From Candidatus Wolfebacteria bacterium GW2011_GWB1_47_1 (lineage in GTDB: Bacteria; Patescibacteriota; Minisyncoccia; UBA6257; UBA9933): a stretch of DNA of 64,000 nucleotides. Of this stretch, positions 59,366 to 64,000 are shown in pieces. The translations under genes were made by a program, and so were the position numbers. The notes under the pieces are model-generated. The model was not told the origin of the DNA, searched no databases, and saw only the letters and a list, made by a program, of their open reading frames with translations. The stretch is taken from NCBI GenBank assembly GCA_001029635.1, contig CP011209.1, positions 747,969-811,968 on the forward strand. The letters run 5' to 3'. The stretch's first letter is position 1, and each line of letters opens with the position of its first letter.

Positions 59366-60085
59366 ATGGAGGTACTAAAAGTTGAGAATCTAATCGTAGG
59401 AAAGGAATCTTCCCCTGTCATCGAAAAGTTAAGCTTTTCGGTCGCCAAGGGCGAAACGCTTGCCATTATCGGTCCAAATGGCGCCGGCAAAACCACACTA
59501 TTTAAGGCATTGCTCGGATTGACGCCGTATTCCGGCACCATCACCTGGGCTCCGAACACCAAGATAGGGTATGTTCCCCAGCGCATGGAAATTGAAACCG
59601 ATGTCCCCCTCACCGTTGAGGAGTTTTTTAGACTGCGCGGAAAAGTCGCGACTCCGGAAAAAATCCGGGAGATATTGAACTACGTCCAACTTGATACGCC
59701 GATCCTTAAGGCAGGCTTCGGTGAGATTTCCGTCGGACAACGCCAGCGCATTCTTGTGGGCTGGTCCATATTAGACAACCCTACCGTATTACTCTTTGAT
59801 GAACCAACCGCCGATGTCGATATCTACGGGCAGGAATCCATCTACAAGATGATCTCCCATCTGCACGAAACGCTTGGGCTCACCGTTCTTCTCATTTCCC
59901 ATGACCTTTCCATTGTGTACCAGTACGCGAACAATGTCATGTGTCTCAACCATCAGCAAGTCTGCTACGGTATTCCTGACGAAATTCTCAAGGCAGAGCA
60001 CCTGCAAACTCTCTACGGGGGCGAGCGCGGTTTTTACGCACATAACCATATGGGACACACCAATCATAATCATTCGACATCATGA
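59366..60085 (+). CDS. ABC transporter ATP-binding protein (ZnuC/metal-type) with His-rich C-terminus
   Basis: Walker A GPNGAGKTT; signature ISVGQRQR; Walker B LLFDEPTADVD; the tail is HNHMGHTNHNHS. Confidence 0.8.
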   Translation: MEVLKVENLIVGKESSPVIEKLSFSVAKGETLAIIGPNGAGKTTLFKALLGLTPYSGTITWAPNTKIGYVPQRMEIETDVPLTVEEFFRLRGKVATPEKIREILNYVQLDTPILKAGFGEISVGQRQRILVGWSILDNPTVLLFDEPTADVDIYGQESIYKMISHLHETLGLTVLLISHDLSIVYQYANNVMCLNHQQVCYGIPDEILKAEHLQTLYGGERGFYAHNHMGHTNHNHSTS

Positions 60086-60861
60086 CCCTCGATCTCACTT
60101 TTTTTCAAATCCTTATCACGGCTGTATTTGTGGCAGCAAGCGCGAGCCTACTCGGCAGCTTTGTGATCCTCAAGCGCATGGCGCTTGTTGGCGACGCCCT
60201 GTCGCATGTTGCCCTTCCCGGCATTGCGCTCGGATTAGCGTTCCATGTCAATCCGTTTATCGGCGCTTTCACGACCCTCTTCCTTGCCGTGGTCGGCATT
60301 TGGGTCTTAAAGTATCAAACCGAACTCCCCGTCGATACACTCGTCGGAATCTTTTTTACCGCAAGCCTTGCCCTTGGTATCTTGTTTATTCCTGAGCACG
60401 AGCTCCTCGAGGCTCTTTTTGGGGATATCGGCACACTCGGACTTATGGAATCTATCATGTCCGTTCTCTTATCGGTTGGCATTATTGGCTCGCTGATCGC
60501 GATCCATAAAAAACTCGCCTTAAGCATGTTGTCTGATGAACTCGCCCATTCAGTCGGTATCAACAATCGCAAATTAGACCTTGTCTATCTTCTGATATTT
60601 GCGCTATCCATCGCACTCGGCATCCGGTTCGTCGGAGCATTGCTCATGGGGTCGCTTGTTATCATCCCCGCGGCGGCGGCAAAAAACATCAGTCGCAGTC
60701 TTCATGGATTCATGACGACTAGCGTTCTGTTCGGTGTTCTCTCTGCCGGCGGAGGCGTTATCCTTTCACAGATTCTCGACGTTGCACCAGGACCCCTATT
60801 CATCCTAACCAGTACGGTCCTATTTATCCTTTCTCTCATACTTAGAAAACTGAACCAGTAA
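60082..60861 (+). CDS. ABC transporter permease (ZnuB/metal-type, ABC-3 family)
   Basis: 8 TM helices; 4-nt overlap with the ATPase gene; no substrate-binding protein gene nearby. Confidence 0.8.
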   Translation: MTLDLTFFQILITAVFVAASASLLGSFVILKRMALVGDALSHVALPGIALGLAFHVNPFIGAFTTLFLAVVGIWVLKYQTELPVDTLVGIFFTASLALGILFIPEHELLEALFGDIGTLGLMESIMSVLLSVGIIGSLIAIHKKLALSMLSDELAHSVGINNRKLDLVYLLIFALSIALGIRFVGALLMGSLVIIPAAAAKNISRSLHGFMTTSVLFGVLSAGGGVILSQILDVAPGPLFILTSTVLFILSLILRKLNQ

Positions 60862-60983
60862 AACGAAACTAAAAAACGGCGCAAGCCGTTTTTTAGTTCA
60901 CTGATTGTTCGACGTCTTACTATTCGTTGATTAAGATACCAGTGAAAGTATCCAACACTATACAACGGGCTTAACATAAAGAA

Positions 60984-61014
60984 AGGCTTTGCACTTGAGT
61001 GCAAAGCCTTTTTA
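60984..61014. terminator. bidirectional terminator aggctttgcacttgagtgcaaagcct + ttttt
   Basis: 11-bp perfect stem between convergent genes. Confidence 0.45.
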
Positions 61015-61034
61015 TTTCTGCCGCGGATAAGAGT

Positions 61035-61244
61035 TTACCGGTGGCCGCCACCGCCACCGCCTCCGCCTCCGCCGCCTCCACCGCCACCGCCACCGCCTCC
61101 GCAAGTACCCGAAACATCCCCCCAATCATATCCCGATGAAGGGCGGCGTGATTTCTCAGAAATTTCTCGAATCATTGGCTTATTCGAGTCCCACTCTTCT
61201 TTCGACGGTTCTTCTCTATCAGTATCGCTCGAATCTTTTTCCAT
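61035..61244 (-). CDS. small acidic protein with C-terminal 19-residue poly-glycine tail
   Basis: AGGAGG 5 nt upstream of the ATG; translation MEKDSSDTDREEPSKEEWDSNK...TCGGGGGGGGGGGGGGGGGGGHR. Confidence 0.45.
   Translation of the reverse strand: MEKDSSDTDREEPSKEEWDSNKPMIREISEKSRRPSSGYDWGDVSGTCGGGGGGGGGGGGGGGGGGGHR
61038..61100. repeat. imperfect (GGN)n / ccgccaccgcc trinucleotide repeat
   Basis: Direct read; encodes the poly-Gly tail. Confidence 0.6.
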
Positions 61245-61389
61245 AATCGCCTCCTCTTCCCTTTTATATGAGAGAGCTTGTTATGCAGCGCACTAAAAAA
61301 TTACTAATTCAATAGTACATTAGCAAATCGTTTATCGTCAACGTCAGGATCTTCTTATATACAAAAGTACCGACGAAACGTCGGTGCTT

Positions 61390-61617
61390 TTAATGCCACC
61401 CGATCTCCACGATCTTTTTTTTGCCAAAATATCCTCCCGTAATATTTACTTCTGCCTTCGTCACCTTAAAGTGTTCTGCCAGTGCATTTACTACGCCGAT
61501 ATTTGCCTTGCCTTGAATCGGAGCCGCCTTCACGCTTACCTTATATTCCCTCTCCCCTATCTGCTCTACCTTATCCTCCCTAGCGTTCGGCTTGACCGTG
61601 ATATAAATCTTGATCAT
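61390..61617 (-). CDS. DUF167/YggU-family protein
   Basis: ITVKPNAREDKVEQ...VSVKAAPIQGKAN matches the YggU pattern; terminator hairpin at 61362-61384. Confidence 0.6.
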   Translation of the reverse strand: MIKIYITVKPNAREDKVEQIGEREYKVSVKAAPIQGKANIGVVNALAEHFKVTKAEVNITGGYFGKKKIVEIGWH

Positions 61618-61931
61618 TTCTTCTCTTCCGCTTTTGCGTTATTCTCCTTTTCATCTTCTTTCTTGAAATATTTTTCAAACTTGACCATAATCACAACGAC
61701 AAGAATCGTAATGATCGCCGCATACCATACCTTCGCCCAAACGGAATCGCGCTGAATAGGGAAATAATGATCAATCAACCCTTTGATCGCCTCGTTCCAT
61801 GCAAGACCGGCCACTAATCCGAGCGCAGCCGCGATATATCCCCATACCTTTTCTCGGGCGGTCTTACGCATTGCTTCTACGTCACTACCCATCATTTTTT
61901 GCACGTTTCGTATCTGATCCATTGGTTCCAT
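61614..61931 (-). CDS. small membrane protein (105 aa)
   Basis: Two TM helices; Lys/Glu-rich tail. Confidence 0.45.
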   Translation of the reverse strand: MEPMDQIRNVQKMMGSDVEAMRKTAREKVWGYIAAALGLVAGLAWNEAIKGLIDHYFPIQRDSVWAKVWYAAIITILVVVIMVKFEKYFKKEDEKENNAKAEEKK

Positions 61932-62017
61932 ATATCTTAGTATACCAAGCCTCCCCCACGTTGCACAAACTGCATACTATAAAAACGCCCCGCACATAGC
62001 GCGGGGGCGTGTCTTAC

Positions 62018-63211
62018 TTACAAAAGGAGTGAGAATTCAAATACCGTCTCCTCGTCAGTACTCCTCAGGAGACATACGTCTCCACCGTGTGCGGCCATGA
62101 TTGACTTGACGTTTGCCAAGCCGAGCCCGGTGCCCAACGACTTCGTGGTCACAAACGGCGAAAAGATATCATCGACCAGGCCGATCTCTATCTTTTCTCC
62201 ATCGTTTGCGATCTCGATGATGACCGAGCCGCGCTTTGCCGCGAATCGTGTGCGCACCCAAAGCCTTCCGGTTCCGGTCGCCTGTGATGCATTGATTACC
62301 ACGTCCTTGATCGCGTGTGCCATGAGGTCCACATCGATACTGATCGTGAACACATCCAGCATCTCGTCGAACGCGAACTCGACAGGCATATCACCCGCCG
62401 CCTGCGTTATCGTTTCCTTGATGAACGCGTTGATCATCACGGGTTCAGGATGCAACACCCCCGGATTCGAAAACCGAAGGATTCCATTCACAACACGCTC
62501 GAGCCGAGCGATCTCTTGGATCGACGTGTCGAGCGCATCTGCCACATCCCGATCGAAACAGTTTTTTCTCTCTTCTATCTTGCGACTCGCGCGTCGCGCG
62601 AAGCCGCCAATCATCTGCAAACTGTTCTTAAAGATGTGGGAGATACGCGAAGATTCCTCGCCGATAGCATTCATTCGTTCCATGCGTCGTACCTTTTCCT
62701 TTGCGCGACGCCGCTCATACTCACTTCCGATGGCCGCAGCAGCGAGGTTTGCCAGTAGGCGAACATGTGCAAGCTCCAATGCCGATTCGTCCTTCCCTTG
62801 GCATAAGTCGAGAGTCAAAACCCCCAGACTTTCACCATGGTATACGATCGGCACGAATACAACTTTTGCGAGTCCGTAGTTGTGCGCCAGATCGCGCATA
62901 TAGCTCGTCCGCGGGTCCTGCTCCGGATCGTCGATGATGAGTATCTCTCCGTCCGCAATAATAGCGCGGAGAAACTCCTCTCCGATCTCCGGAGTCACGA
63001 CCATGTTCACGCCGTGTTCTCCGATCGGATAGCCTGCCTTGATGACAAACTTTCCACTCATGTTTTCGAGCATGATACACGCCCGATCGGCCCCCGTAAG
63101 GCGGGCTAGGCTGTCCACGATAATCCCGAGAGTCTTTTTGTATTCCCTCGACCCGATCAGCTGCTCCGAGATTCCCACGATATCTCTTAAGATACCAGAG
63201 CTGTCTTCCAT
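62018..63211 (-). CDS. cytoplasmic sensor histidine kinase with N-terminal GAF domain
   Basis: H-box SRISHIFKNSLQ; G-box GTGLGLANVKSIMAAHGGDV; no TM helix; no response regulator in the window. Confidence 0.75.
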   Translation of the reverse strand: MEDSSGILRDIVGISEQLIGSREYKKTLGIIVDSLARLTGADRACIMLENMSGKFVIKAGYPIGEHGVNMVVTPEIGEEFLRAIIADGEILIIDDPEQDPRTSYMRDLAHNYGLAKVVFVPIVYHGESLGVLTLDLCQGKDESALELAHVRLLANLAAAAIGSEYERRRAKEKVRRMERMNAIGEESSRISHIFKNSLQMIGGFARRASRKIEERKNCFDRDVADALDTSIQEIARLERVVNGILRFSNPGVLHPEPVMINAFIKETITQAAGDMPVEFAFDEMLDVFTISIDVDLMAHAIKDVVINASQATGTGRLWVRTRFAAKRGSVIIEIANDGEKIEIGLVDDIFSPFVTTKSLGTGLGLANVKSIMAAHGGDVCLLRSTDEETVFEFSLLL

Positions 63212-63326
63212 TACTCCTCCTCTTCCTATGTATTCTGTTTGAAATGTCCTAACTTGGTTAGGAATATACTATACAACATTTGCATAAAATATGCAACCCC
63301 TATCAAAAAGCCCTGTTCTAGGGCTT

Positions 63327-63893
63327 TTATTTAATCGTTTCTTCCTTTATTACTTCCACCTCAGTATGTAGTGCGACCTCTCTAAAAAGCATATACCGCA
63401 CCCCATACGTAGCCCCAAGCGCTATCACAATTCCACCGATAATATCCAACGGCCAATGCACTGCTCCATAGATACGCGCAACGGCCATACCTGAGATACT
63501 CGCTGCATATAGAATCCCCCACTTTCTATCGAGATACCACATCGGGATAATGAGCGTTGCATAGAACGCCATGTGTGCCGATGGGAATGAGGGGGTTGCC
63601 GCATGATTGAATACCGGCTCAATATTCAACGCGACAAACGGACGCAATCTTTGATAAAAGAAGTAGATCACTTCCGCCACAATACCGCGCGATATGATCG
63701 CTGCCAGTACCCACCAGGCGAAGGCGTATGCCCGTTTCTTACGATCCTTCTCCTTAATCACCATGACCACGAAAAATGCAGTCATGAGATATCCCAGATA
63801 TACGGCGAAAAAGATCGCAAGCCAATCAAGCAGGAACCACCGGTCGGCGATGCCGTGTAGGAAATTAAAGATGGATAGGTCAAAAGAATTCAT
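63327..63893 (-). CDS. PAP2-family phosphatase (undecaprenyl-diphosphatase-like)
   Basis: Membrane protein with PSFPSAHM and AVARIYGAVHWPLD PAP2 motifs. Confidence 0.7.
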   Translation of the reverse strand: MNSFDLSIFNFLHGIADRWFLLDWLAIFFAVYLGYLMTAFFVVMVIKEKDRKKRAYAFAWWVLAAIISRGIVAEVIYFFYQRLRPFVALNIEPVFNHAATPSFPSAHMAFYATLIIPMWYLDRKWGILYAASISGMAVARIYGAVHWPLDIIGGIVIALGATYGVRYMLFREVALHTEVEVIKEETIK

Positions 63894-63896
63894 ATA

Positions 63897-64000
63897 TTAG
63901 GAATGTAATTTTTTTAATATATTCTTCAACTCTTTTTTATCAACGCTCGCTCCCCCTACCAGCGCACCATCGATCGCATCCTGTCCCACAAATTCCATTA
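63897..64000 (-). CDS. tpiA: triosephosphate isomerase, C-terminal fragment (N-terminus beyond window end)
   Basis: Manual translation MEFVGQDAIDGALVGGASVDKKELKNILKKLHS matches the TIM C-terminus (IDGALVGGAS). Confidence 0.55.
   Translation of the reverse strand, partial: MEFVGQDAIDGALVGGASVDKKELKNILKKLHS

Overview
This 64-kb window comes from a bacterium with a compact gene arrangement. Its housekeeping genes are moderately AT-rich and mostly lack Shine-Dalgarno (SD) sequences, there is no rpmD between rpsE and rplO and no rpsJ upstream of rplC, and AlaS is short (599 aa). Positions 1-18154 form an AT-rich integrated element that abuts tRNA-Asn(GTT). It carries a minus-strand operon of small membrane or secreted proteins, two paralogous large serine recombinases, a block of uncharacterised genes, an excisionase-type HTH gene and an overlapping Type III restriction-modification (R-M) pair (mod then res). 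The 3' end of the second recombinase ORF reads into the tRNA. The rest of the window is core genome. It holds hisS, alaS, rpoD (with a Lys/Ala-rich N-terminal tail), dnaG, lysS, greA, a GT2 glycosyltransferase, a CDF transporter, map and adk. These are followed by secY and an r-protein operon rplO to rplC (19 genes), all on the minus strand. Next is a GC-rich block with tandem paralogous hypotheticals, a P-loop kinase, thyA, a DHFR-HIT fusion, a dCMP-deaminase-like gene and a cytidylyltransferase-like gene. The window ends with groES/groEL, rmuC, a metal-type ABC transporter, a poly-Gly-tailed small protein, a DUF167 gene, a GAF histidine kinase, a PAP2 phosphatase and partial tpiA. The most unusual signals are several GC-rich orphan gene cassettes, each with its own sigma70-like promoter, strong AGGAGG SD and intrinsic terminator, inserted into otherwise conserved loci. 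These include two insertions flanking secY and a ~680-bp cassette at the rmuC 3' end bounded by 22-bp direct repeats. A near-identical GCCCCGC-N4-GCGGGGC terminator hairpin recurs after these cassettes. Other repeat families are heptamer-repeat inverted elements just 5' of rpsH, rplV, rplB and groES/groEL, and a three-copy dual-hairpin intergenic motif. No CRISPR array or rRNA gene was found. The only RNA gene identified is tRNA-Asn.
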